From positions 1 to 51,307 of the forward strand of contig JAUCBJ010005761.1 in NCBI GenBank assembly GCA_032718475.1: DNA of 51,307 bases, read 5' to 3'. Source of the stretch: Nemertoderma westbladi (lineage: Eukaryota > Animalia > Xenacoelomorpha). A program made the position numbers and the translations under genes. The notes below the pieces were generated by a model, which saw only the letters and a program-made list of their open reading frames with translations, was not told where the DNA came from and made no database searches. Positions 34,817-45,771 of this stretch are shown piece after piece; within the stretch, counting starts at the first letter, position 1, and each line of letters opens with the position of its first letter.

Positions 34817-37800
34817 CTCCACCGGACACTCCATTCTCTGTGAAATCCATTCTCCTCCGCCCACTCTCTTGCTTTTACTCCCCCGTCTCGTTTATCTACC
34901 GTTTCTGGTCTCTCCTCTGCGTCTTCGGTGCCTGGTAACATGCACCCATGGTAACATGTCGTTACTGATCGACCGCCCTCTCCTGATATCTTCACTGGTA
35001 CTACCCCGAGTAGTACTTTTCTCTTCTTTCTTGCCACTGTCGTGCTTGTAGCCATTGTTTGGCCTCCAGTCTCGGACTCTCTAACTGCTGTTTCTCTACA
35101 CTCTCCGGATCTGTGTCCTTCTACCACACATCGATGACATAGTCCGTTTGCGTCTGTGTAGGCTATACGATCTTGTTTGGGCAACGCTTGCCAGTGCTTA
35201 CAACTCATGGTCTTATGGGTTCCGTCCCGATGTAATTGACATTCGAATCCTGGATTATAGCGTTCCCTGTATAGTCCTTCACGTATCGCGCGTAGGTTTA
35301 TATCTACCGATTTAGTGTTTTGGTTATCTGTACTCGGCCTACTGGGTATGTTGGGATTGTGTTTATTTGTGGTGTTATTTTCTTTCTGTCCCTGCCACGG
35401 TGTGGCCCTACTACCAGCTAACTGTGGACTAGCAGTCCCCTGTGTGGCCGCATGTGGTAGTGACTGTCTTACTCTTGAGAATGGGTCTGTCGGATTATGT
35501 TCGGGTCTAGGCCTGTTGTATTCGGTCTTTGGTGCCTTCCCCAAACTATCCTCACTATAGACTGGGATTTGTTGCGTCGGATATATCATTGGGGGTAACG
35601 GCCCCCTCCATATTTCCGTGTCGCACGACCTGTTCTCGTCCAGGGGGTTCGATGTTCTTATTGCTGTTCGAGTATATTGTTGATATTGTAATGGGGGAAT
35701 GTCACCCTGCCCCCCCCCCCCCCCCCCCACCGGTATGTTTGGTACTGGGGTTGATGTTAATATATTGGGGCCCATACATCTATCTGCAATAACTCTCCCC
35801 TCCCCTGGATATATGTTATGTCCCTGTGTATTATAGTCATGCTGCTGTCGGTACCGATATAGGCCTATCCACTTCTTGCCTACCTACCGGTATGTACTCC
35901 GCGACTTCCGGGTTTAATCCCGTCGTCCGCGCTACCCTATCGCCTACTCTATCTCTCCCAGCATGGCCTATAATAGTATGTGCAGTAAGGCCTACAGTAT
36001 GTCCTGCAGTCTGCATGTGCCCTTCCGAACCGAAGTTTAATTCTCCAATCTCGAATCTCCCCGCGACTACCGTACTCTCGATCGGCAGCTATATCCCGTC
36101 GGGAAGTTTCTCTTCGATCCCCTCTTCTGTTCTCGTCTTCGTATCGGTACACTCTGTACCCCTCTCTTGGCGTGCGGTGCGTTTCTCCGGGGCGACGGCA
36201 ATCTCCCGAAGTTCGACCCCACTGACTCCCTAACTCCATCTCTACTATCGACGGCTCGCTATCCGTCCTCGCTCTCCGGTTGCTCCTAGCAACGACTCTT
36301 CTATTATCTTCACTTCTTCTCTCTTCGACCTCCCGATTAAACTCTACTAATCTTCTTCTTTCTTCGACCTCTCGGTTAAACTCTACTAATCTTCTTCTCT
36401 CTTCTGACTGGGCTCGACGTCTCGTCGCTCGCCCACTCTCGGCGCTAACATCTGACTCTACTCTGTCCGGTTGGACCCTCCTGGGGATACTCGCCATCCC
36501 CCTACTATTCTCCGTCGTCGGGTGCCGCGGTTCACCTAACTTGCCCCGCGCATTATCCGCCGACGCCTGTGGGACATTCTCTGCCCCCCCCCCCCTCTCG
36601 CTACTAATCTCTCGTGGTGGGGCGCCCGTAGCCCCCCCCCCCCCCCCACCCGCCACTTCTAACTTCACTATCTCTTACTACACTTCTGCGTCCCTCTTGT
36701 TGGACATTCTCTACCCCCCTTCTCTCGCCACTAATCTTCCGTGGTGGGGCGCCCGTAGCCCCCCCCCCCCACTCGCCACATCTAACTTCACTATCTCTTA
36801 CTTCACTTCTACACCCCTCTCTAGTCGACGCACTAACTCTACTGCGGCTGGGTCTATTCACCCCCGCCTCTTCCTCTACTACTGCGTGGCCTACCAGGCC
36901 CACCTCGGGTTGACTCAACCCCGCTACTTCCTGCCTACTAACTACGTGGCCTACCAGGCCCTCATGGGGTTTCTCACCCCCGCCACCTCCTGCCTACTAA
37001 CTACGTGGCCTACCAGGCCCTCATTTGCCGGGCTATGCACGTCCGCCACGTTCATATTAATAGCACCATTCCCAATATTATCTGTTAAATCAATTAAATC
37101 TCCTAAATCAATTAAATTATTAGAATTATTAGAATTTGAAACGGGATTATTATTTAAATTATTTTGTGTGCTTAGATTTAAATTATTTGAATTATTTTGC
37201 ATAATTATATTTGAATTAATATTATTATTTGAATTTAAATTTAAATTACCGGGTAAAATATTTCCTGTAATAAAGGGATTAGGGTTATCTACTACGGTAC
37301 TATTAATACCAACTACTCCTAACGTACTACTATTACCCCCCCCCCGCCCGTACGGCTACACCAGTTCTGATTCTGTCGCCCGGTGCTTGTAAGTGGGGTC
37401 TCCCTCTCTGACAGTCCCAACCGCGCCAGTTCTAGTCGGCGCTTCAGTTTGGCTTGATATTGTATAAGCCCCCTTAGGCGGGCATGCAAATCATCCCGCA
37501 CACGCTCTGCCTCTATCTCTCCTCTCTCTCTGTCCTCTCGTAAACTTCGCTCGGCCAACTCTGCCTCTCCTCGCAACCATCTCAAGCCGCCTCGCCGGCT
37601 CGCTCTCTACTCTCATCTCCCGCTCTCTACGCTCCTCGGCTCTCTCTCTATCCCCCTTTGCTCACTCTCTTTCTCTCTGGTCTAGCGCCGCAATTTTTAA
37701 TTTATACGCCAGATTTATCTCCCGCACCCGTCTTTCTTTTGCGGAGGATGTAGCAGACTTATCGGTTGCGACGGACTCCCGTCGCCCCTCCGTCCTACTA

Positions 37801-38400
37801 ACTTTCCCCCGCTTTCCGGGGTTCTCGCTCGACGAGACCGAATCCTCGGTTAACCTCGGATTCGCCCTCGTGCGGTCCGCCCAACCCACTAACTTAACTC
37901 CCCGGGCATCAACTAAGTATGGCCCTATGTACACTACACCAGGCTCCATACCCCTACATTCCCACAGTTCAAACAGTTCGGTGGCAACCCCTCTCGCTCT
38001 CTCATCGGCTAGTTCTCCCTGCCCAAAGCGCACCAGATAATCAAAATGTTTATTCGACTCACCTAGCCGCTTCTCTAGCTTCACCTGATCTATCTTCGCC
38101 CCTTCCTTGGCCTCCCTCAACTGTTCCTTCGTGGCGTTGTAAGCCCGTCGGAGCCGTCGCTACCCGACGTCCTCGTCGCCGACCTCTCCTCTTTCTCTCC
38201 GTGTCCGGCGTCGTACCGGCAGCTCCACCATTGCCGTTCCAGTGGGCCGTCTGTCGCCCTCGGCCTGTGGCTGGCCGGCGACATCGGTACGTCGACCACC
38301 GTCGTGCGTCGACTCGTCTCTCCCTTCTCACGACTCGTCTTTCCCTCCTCTCGACTCGTCTCTCCCTCGCTATGATAGACGGCCGCCCTCCGCCTGGGCC
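34817..38400 (-). pseudogene. Fragmented gag(-pro) of the BEL/Pao element
   Basis: Successive minus-strand ORF pieces (37662-38120, 37319-37585, 36951-37202, 36604-36918, 35949-36668, 34693-35775) that are charged/coiled-coil, Asn-rich and Pro-rich and end in Zn knuckles; several breaks lie near poly-C tracts. Confidence 0.7.
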
Positions 38401-38566
38401 GCCGGACCGTCTCTCGTCGACGAATCTGGCCTTGTGGGTCGATACCGTCTTGTTGCGGCCTCGCGGATCGTTAGGTCACCGTCCGGGGTTCGCGGCGGTG
38501 TCGTCTCTCTTTCTCGACTCATCTTTGCTCTTGTTTGGCAGTCACAGTTCGTCTTCGTAGAGGGTG

Positions 38567-38576
38567 AGTTTAAGAC
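38567..38576 (-). other. Non-tRNA primer-binding site (GTCTTAAACT), complementary to an LTR-internal 10-mer at an Inr-like site
   Basis: The minus-strand LTR sequence GAC|AGTTTAAGAC (38787-38778) is the exact complement; pairing extends to 16/18 across the U5 end. Confidence 0.7.
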
Positions 38577-39645
38577 TGTGACCGGATCGGAGGATCCCGA
38601 CCGGTGTGGTTTATGTACGCGTCAACCGCACCGTGATGGAAAAGGAGTTTGTGTTGTTCCAATGTTCTTTATAGTATAAAATGTATGTATAATATAGATA
38701 TAATAGCAGATAGCACAGTTGAGATAACTACCGGTATGTGTGATAACTGGATGATATAGTTGGTGATGGCGGTGACGGTCTTAAACTGTCACCGTACTGC
38801 CATGACTGTACTGAGTAAACTGGATAAAATGAGCAACACCGACCGGTAATATACTACTCTAGGTTTGGCCGTGTTACTCAGCTGATGCCTGCCCCCCATT
38901 GGCTAGTAACCTACTTCACACCTTCTACTCTGTGGGAGAGTTCCCCCCCCCCCCCCCCCCCGCTGCTGTTACTTTCCTTCTCCCCGGAGGCTTAACCTCT
39001 GACCTCCATTGTGTGAGGCCCTCTGGGGTTTGTCGTCCCCGGTTTATTGGGGGTGATACGAGGTTGGTTGTTAATCAACCTCGTATTCCCCAATATTGCT
39101 TAAAGGCGCTCTTTCCCACTTTATGGGGGTTGGTGAGGCGGAATTGAATCCGCTCACAGTTTTGGAAATTTAATTTACCCCAAAATATGGCAAAATGACG
39201 AATTACCCCAAAATAATGCAGTTAGGGAGCACTACTCAGAATGGGGGTGGATGGACACCGCGAATGGGGGTGGCTCTTTCTGTAAAATTTCGCATTTTAT
39301 AAGAAATATCCACCCAGATTATTCTACATTGGGCTGGACTGACACTGAATCATTACAAATTATCAAAGAGTGCCGATGTTTAACCTGTCCACCCAGATTT
39401 GTAACTAGGCTGGCCTAGCAGCATGACGCCAAGCCATATTTCATCCAACCTGGTGATTGACAGCAATGTTAATCAGGGGTTCAGTACTTGGCTGCAGACT
39501 GGCAGAGTTGTCCTAGAGCAAGTCTGCATGTGGGCTGTTTTATCTTCCATTGGTCAATTATTATTTCAGATTCAGTCCTATCTTTATCTATCTGCCTTTA
39601 GCTAAATAGGCAATTTCTGAATTAGTAGGCATACACTCTACTGAT

Positions 39646-39812
39646 AGTTATTAGCCAGGGACAGAGACAGAGAGACTAAAAGTTCCCCTTGAACAAAGCA
39701 TACCTGCCTGCACTAATAACATAAGCACAGTTATTAGCCAGGGACAGAGACAGAGAGACTAAAAGTTCCCCTTGAACAAAGCATACCTGCCTGCACTAAT
39801 AACATAAGCACA
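39646..39812. repeat. Perfect 83-bp tandem duplication
   Basis: AGTTATTAGCCAGGGACAGAGACAGAGAG...ATAACATAAGCAC at 39646 and 39729. Confidence 0.9.
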
Positions 39813-40347
39813 TGATAGCCAGATCAGTGACATATTAATATGGTCTACCTATCAAAGGCTAAGGCAGAGGTCTAATCAGGGCTGGCTGTAAGAAACCTGT
39901 TGCAGCTGTGTATTACTTGTTGAGCTTGAGGCACTCCTTCCTTATTAAATAGCGTAGCAGCCAAATGACAGATACACATTAATAGCCGTTGGTGTGATTC
40001 TGCCAGAAGAACCATCCAGTCAGCGTTAAATTGACTGGGTCTAGTATTGGGACAAATTGGGTTGACTTCACCAAACGGTGATTTTTTAGAGGGTCTTAAA
40101 CATAGCAACGGAGGAAACTGCCATAGCAACAGCTCTTATAGTTCAGCTCTTATCTGTCGATATGATGAGTTAAAATTTATGGAAGATTACTATTTTGGAT
40201 ATATATGAAGAATTCAATGCCATATTTAGTTTTTTGAAAACGACCCTCAAAGTTAGCAGTATTGACAATGTCTGTAGCGACGGGCTTTACAGGTTACAGT
40301 TTCATAGTCGGTTACACGCACTTGAGTTTTTGTTTAAGTATTATGTA

Positions 40348-40500
40348 GCAAGCAAAGCAAAGCAACAAGCAAGCAAACAGTCGGCTGAAGCCGGAGGCGA
40401 CCCAAAGGCTCCTTTTTCGATAGCTGCTACCCAAGGGTAGGGGTGGGCGCTACTCCTATCCCAAGATTTGCTCCCAGTAATTTAACTGGTACTCAAAAGC
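40348..40500 (-). mobile_element. Possible SINE/LINE 3'-end fragment with a (TTGC)n-like tail
   Basis: A GCAA/GCAAA microsatellite adjoins GGCGACCCAAAGGCTCCTTTTTCGATAGCTGCTAC...GGGCGCTACTCCT, which I recall as resembling retroposon 3' ends in marine invertebrates (from memory, not verified). Confidence 0.4.
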
Positions 40501-40789
40501 TAAGTATTATGTACCGGTAATTAATTACTTAAGTTCAAAAGAGATATGTTTGCTCTAGCGAAGATTTGACGCGGGCAAAGTTTGCTGCATAGGAACTTTC
40601 GTAGTTTCATACAACCGTGCGTAGTTCCCAGTACATCCGAGCACATTGTGTCTTTATATGAATCGCCAATACTAATAACATACAGACATATTTAATATAT
40701 AACCTTAAACCTGTAATTTAGAACCGTGCTGGTACCTGATTAGTTCAGAAGTTATGTCAGTCTTGTACTTGTCAGGTCAGATTTTGTAA

Positions 40790-43700
40790 TGTTTCCGTAA
40801 TCTTAATTCACGGAGGGTGGTTGATACAGGTGGTATTGTACGATAAAGCTCGGCGTTTGTCGTGTGTTGTCTCCAGCTGATGTTTAGGGCTGCCCTTAGT
40901 AGTCTTGTGTAGCAACCATCAATTCGTTGTTCAAGTGATTTAGTCAGTGTCCAGGTCTCACCCCCATATAAAAATACACTTTCCACTGTGGCTCGAAAGA
41001 ACTTAGTCTTCAGGTGCCTGGAGAAATCTGATTTCCAGATGGTATCCATTTTTGATAGAGCTACCCATGCCATTGCTTTCCTAACTTCTATGTCCTTTTT
41101 GCTACTCGCTATCCATGATCCAAGGTACTGGAAGTCATCAACCTTTCTTAGTTGATTATTGTCAATGGTTGTCAAGTTTCCATCAACATTAAAGGTCATG
41201 AATTCGGTCTTGGTAGCATTTATATGCAATCCAACCTCCTTAGCAGCCCTCTCCACTTTATTTAGTAGAAGCTGTGCATCTGCTAGGGTATTAGAGAGCA
41301 GGGCGATGTCATCCACAAAGTCGGTGTCTGTGACTGTAGTTGCCGGATATCTACTACTTATGCATTCTTAAAGTATGAATCCCAGGTCTTCACCCTTTGT
41401 GGCTGTCCTCATTGCGTAATCCAGCACAATTACAAATAGTAATGGTGCTAATGTGTCACCTTGCAGTACCCCAGCCAGGATTGAGAAAAACTCAGTTTCA
41501 CCATCTGGTGAGAGTACCTGTGCTTCTGTGTTACAATATAACAATCCAATGCCAGCAACAATTACTTCTGGTATTCCATAAGTTCTTAGGATTTCAAGCA
41601 TTTTGCCTCTATGGATGGAGTCGAATGCCTTCTCGAAGTCCACAAAAGTCATGACTGCGGGGAGATTCTTCGACTTAATTCCTTCAATCAGTCTCCGTAG
41701 TGCAAGTATCTGAGCTATTGTTGATCTACTTGGTCGAAATCCGTTTTGGCTCTTACGCAGTAGTTTCTCTATGTGAGGCCTAATCCTATATAGAATCATT
41801 TTATTGTATATTTTGGCAGCTACCACAAGCAGAGAGATCCCACGACAGTTTGCTGGTATACCGAGGTCTCCTTTCTTTGGGAGAGGCTTGAGTTGACCTT
41901 TAGTCCAAATTGGTGGTGGCTTTTCCCCTTTTAACATCCGATTGCAAACATTCAATAATGGTCTGTTTAGCACTCCTGTTTTCCATACCTCCGCTGGGAT
42001 TTCATCTAATCCACTCGCTTTATTATTGGACATGCTTTTAATGCTTCTCTGGAGTTCGGCAGGTGTAAAGCCCCCTGTTTCTATAGGTACCAGTAGTGTC
42101 TTGTCATATATTTTCCTTGTAGGGCTGACCTCGATGTTTGGTGGTTGCCCAAGCAAGTTGCTGAAGTGATTTTTCCACTTCCCCACGCGTTCTTCAGGAC
42201 TATCGGCTTTGAGGCTCCCCTTTGCCTCATTTACAGTTTGCCAGGTAAGTCTTGATTTTTTCTGTATGTGAGCAGTTGTAATTGCTTCAATTTTATCCTG
42301 TATGTACTTTTCCTGGCTGATGTTGTAGGCCAATTTAAGATCGTCCTTAGCTTTCTCAACCTTGTTAATGTTTTCTGTTGTTGGTTGTTCAGTTTTAACT
42401 TTGTAGGCTATCTTAAGATCTTCTCTCTTACAAGTAACCTCAGAGTTTTGCCATGGCACATACTGTTTTCGTTTGGGTTTCTGGGGGATATGCCTCTTAG
42501 CTGATTCCTTGTGGGCTGTTTTTATATTCTGGTATATTGAATCGGTGGACTGGTCTTCATCCATTGACTGAAGTGCTTCAAAGCGGTTTTGAACTTCTAC
42601 TGTGTAAGCATCCTTTACTGCATTGTCAGTTCTGAGTTTCTCCCAGTCACAGTTGATTTGCTTGCTTGTCCTGGGTTTGCTGGCTCTCAAACTGAGTCTG
42701 ATCTCTGGAGTCACAATTCTGTGGTCCGAACCAATTAGGTTGAATGAGCTGTATGCCTCTCAGTTGATCATGCTGTTTCTCCACTTTTTGATTATAAGGA
42801 TGTAATCCAGTTGTGCTTTGGTTCCATTGGGGTATTCAAAGGTCCATAGCTTCCCCTTGCCCTTTTCAAATGTGTTGTTTGTTGGTATCAATTCACATTC
42901 TTCCATTAGGTCTTAAAGTAAGTACCCATTTCTGTTAGAACTGGTGTTATAGGTGTAACCCTTGATGTCTTCTGGGCCAATTTGCGCATTGAGGTCACCA
43001 GCAATGACTTTAACATTGTGTTTCGGAATGTCCTTTATAAGTCCAGTCAGATCTTCATAAAACTTCACTGCTTGTTCTGGCTCTGAGGCATTTGTTGGAC
43101 TGTAGCAACATATAACTGTTGTCTTGGGATTCCCATCAAATGTTGCGATCATAACCCTGGAAGTTATAGATTCGATGTTGTTTAGGGTCTTAAGTGCAAA
43201 TGGGCTTAGCAGAATTCCTACTCCGCCAATTGGTGCATTGGCCGAGTTTCTTATTGCTGAGCTTGTTAGTCCATCCATTTCCAATGTCATTGTACTTCAT
43301 GGCAGTGTCTTCATGACAAATCCGATGTTCTTGGATGCAGATGATGTCGATGTTATATTCCATTGCCAGAGCAACCATGTCACCCTGTTTGCTATGTGCT
43401 TTCAGCGTGCATGTGTTCATTGTAGCAATCTTTAGTGTCGTTTTACATTTCAGCAGGTTGGTTCTTCTTTCTTCTCTGTATTCTGTTCAGTAGCCAATTT
43501 ATCGACCCCAGCCTGGTGTCTTACTGAGGGACGTGGTCCTTGTTGACCCGGGCGACGACTGAGCCGGTATTTCTCCTGGATGTTTCTCATACTCATATCT
43601 TTCAATTGCGGGAGTAAACCGCTTGTGGTCGCAACTCCTACAAGCGTCTTCGCAGTAGGTTGCCGTTGGTTGATACCTTCCACCGACCTTGTCAGCATGT

Positions 43701-43990
43701 CTAGCCGTTGGTTGATTACCTTCCGCCTATCCATGGCCTACAGCCCTGCTGCCGACTGTAGGGGTCCATTTGTTACACCCTGAAACAAGTGTGCCTCCTG
43801 GGTTAGGTATCCAGTATAGACAGAGCGGGGCGTGTATCATCTCTATTGCACATGCGTATCAAGCCTTTGCTTATGGTGCCCTAGGCGCTATAGCCCTCAA
43901 TGACTTATTTAGTTGACGGGGCTAAACCAACCCACACTTGATCAACTAAATAATGAGTAGGCTACTGGCGCTTATCGGGCCTGCCCTACT
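40790..43990 (-). mobile_element. RTE-clade LINE, near full length at the 5' end, frameshifted, 3'-truncated
   Basis: APE endonuclease motifs (IATMN, IDIICIQEHR, IAGDLNAQIG, QLDYILI, GSDHRIV) at 42700-43440; RT motifs (QNGFRPSRST, FVDFEKAFDSI, GVLQGDTLAPLLF, DFVDDIALL, FQYLGS) at 40800-42714, split over at least four frames. The 5' boundary is approximate. Confidence 0.9.
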
Positions 43991-45089
43991 GGGCTGACAG
44001 CTACAGGTAGTACCACATTACTGCCATAGTGGTAGCAGGATCTGTTGACCTGACGTCCTGACCTGACTGAAAAAATCCGAAAAATCCTTGTACTTGTACT
44101 TTGTCGATTCCCCTATGCCCGTGGCGATCCACTTGTACTTTTTTCAAACTTTGATGATTCCCCTATACCCATGGCGAACTACTTATACTTTTTTCAAAAG
44201 TTTGTTGATTCGGCTATATCCATGGCAAACCACTCCTTTTCAAAGTGTGTTGATTCCTCTATGCCCTTATTAAGAAACCTAATTATTTGAAAGTTTATTT
44301 ATTAACATAATAGTAGTAATAATAACAATACCTGATTAGTATACATTGCACTGTAATATTGCATATAATTACCTAATTAACTAAAACAGCTAATTAACTA
44401 TTAATAAATGCCACAAACTGTAAATTGATTTATTAGGCATATTTTACAAAATGCCACAATTCCTAAAAATGTGCCCTGTAATATAATAATTGCTTAATAA
44501 TAATTTGACTTAAAAAAAACGTTCTGAAAAATAATTTTAATTTTAATTATAATTGATTTTAATTATTGATTACATGAATAATACTTCAGTATAAAATGCC
44601 ACAACAAAGTACTGTAAAGTAATTCACAACATAATTATATCATAAGTTAGTCCTATATTATGTCCTACTGTGTAATTAAATTTAAAAAGTACGAAATTAA
44701 CTACAAATTATAATTAATACATGCAACAAGTATGGGCCACAATTACAACTAAACCTATGGGAACAAATGCAATTATAATTTACCCTTCGCGTCATCCCGC
44801 TTCATTGCCATCGAGCAACGACAACACGTTGGGGGTGTTTCCAGACCGAGACCATGTATTATCCAAAACAGAAAGACGGCTGCAGATGACGTCCGCCAAA
44901 TCTCTGCTAATCGTAAATCATTCAGGCACTTAAACTGGCATTCGTCCTCCCTCCCCCAGTGCCGCCGGTACAATAATTTAACATCGCCATTTAAAATATT
45001 ATTTCACTATTAGTTGAGTGCCTACTTACAGTAAAGTAGGTACCGGTACTGCTATAGTGTGGTTATCTGGAACTGGCAGGGCAGTAGTA

Positions 45090-45451
45090 GTACTGACAGT
45101 GGTCAAATTAAGTTAAATATTTTTCTAGATAATGCAGTTTTTGCACATGCTGAGCGAAGGGCACATCGTTCTCTGCAGCCATAAAATTTACACCACATTA
45201 AATAAAATACACGACCTAGGGTGTCTGTCTGTAGATTTTCCGGCAAATTGAAGGAAAATTGAGGAAATGGGCAAAAAACAGGCAAAAATTGTCTTTTCGA
45301 AGCTCGAAGCGGAGAATCACCTTATTAAAAAAATTTTTTTTTTTTTGAAGTTACACATAGATCAGAGAGTGTATGTGTCAAATTTGAGACAATTCGGTCC
45401 AAAAATGGCCACTGAGGAAAGGTGTTTGTCACTGTGCCTCAAATGTGATAG
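45090..45451 (-). repeat. Dispersed repeat, copy 2 (inverted relative to 30733-31177)
   Basis: Reverse-complement similarity to 30733-31177. Confidence 0.75.
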
Positions 45452-45771
45452 AACCTGTTTTTGCATCAGCGCTCGGTCCTACGAATCTCCCAAATACTCC
45501 GTTTGGTTGTCAGTTCCGTTTGGTTGTCAAACTAGGCCTACTACTCTAAACGGGTAGTACTTGATAGTTTTATTTTGGTTCCATTTGCTTGTCACTGTCA
45601 CTATAACCTGCTTTTTTCCGTTACAGCGACATGCAACTTTTGAATGCCCTCATATAATCTATTTATTATATTTACATCGCATGAAATTTATATTAGTGAA
45701 GAGCTTGACATACCTAAAACTACTGCCATCTGTATTTAATGTATTGATTAAGTTTTACTGAAGATTGGATA

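Larger units (their letters stand above)
34659..39158 (-). mobile_element. BEL/Pao LTR retrotransposon, internally deleted (pol lost, 3' LTR truncated)
   Basis: TGTGA...TCACA termini; TSD GTTTT (34654-34658, 39159-39163); 5' LTR 38577-39158; 3' LTR remnant 34659-34816 matches 38577-38729; Gag knuckles CQLH..H..C and CHRCVVEGHRSGEC followed by VLLGVVPVKISG (the BEL pre-protease motif), which breaks off before the catalytic D(S/T)G. Confidence 0.85.

Noticed and set aside
36280-37392. 370-aa plus-strand ORF (and 37919-38560)
   Set aside because: Antisense shadow of the purine-rich BEL gag; Leu/Ser-rich low complexity.
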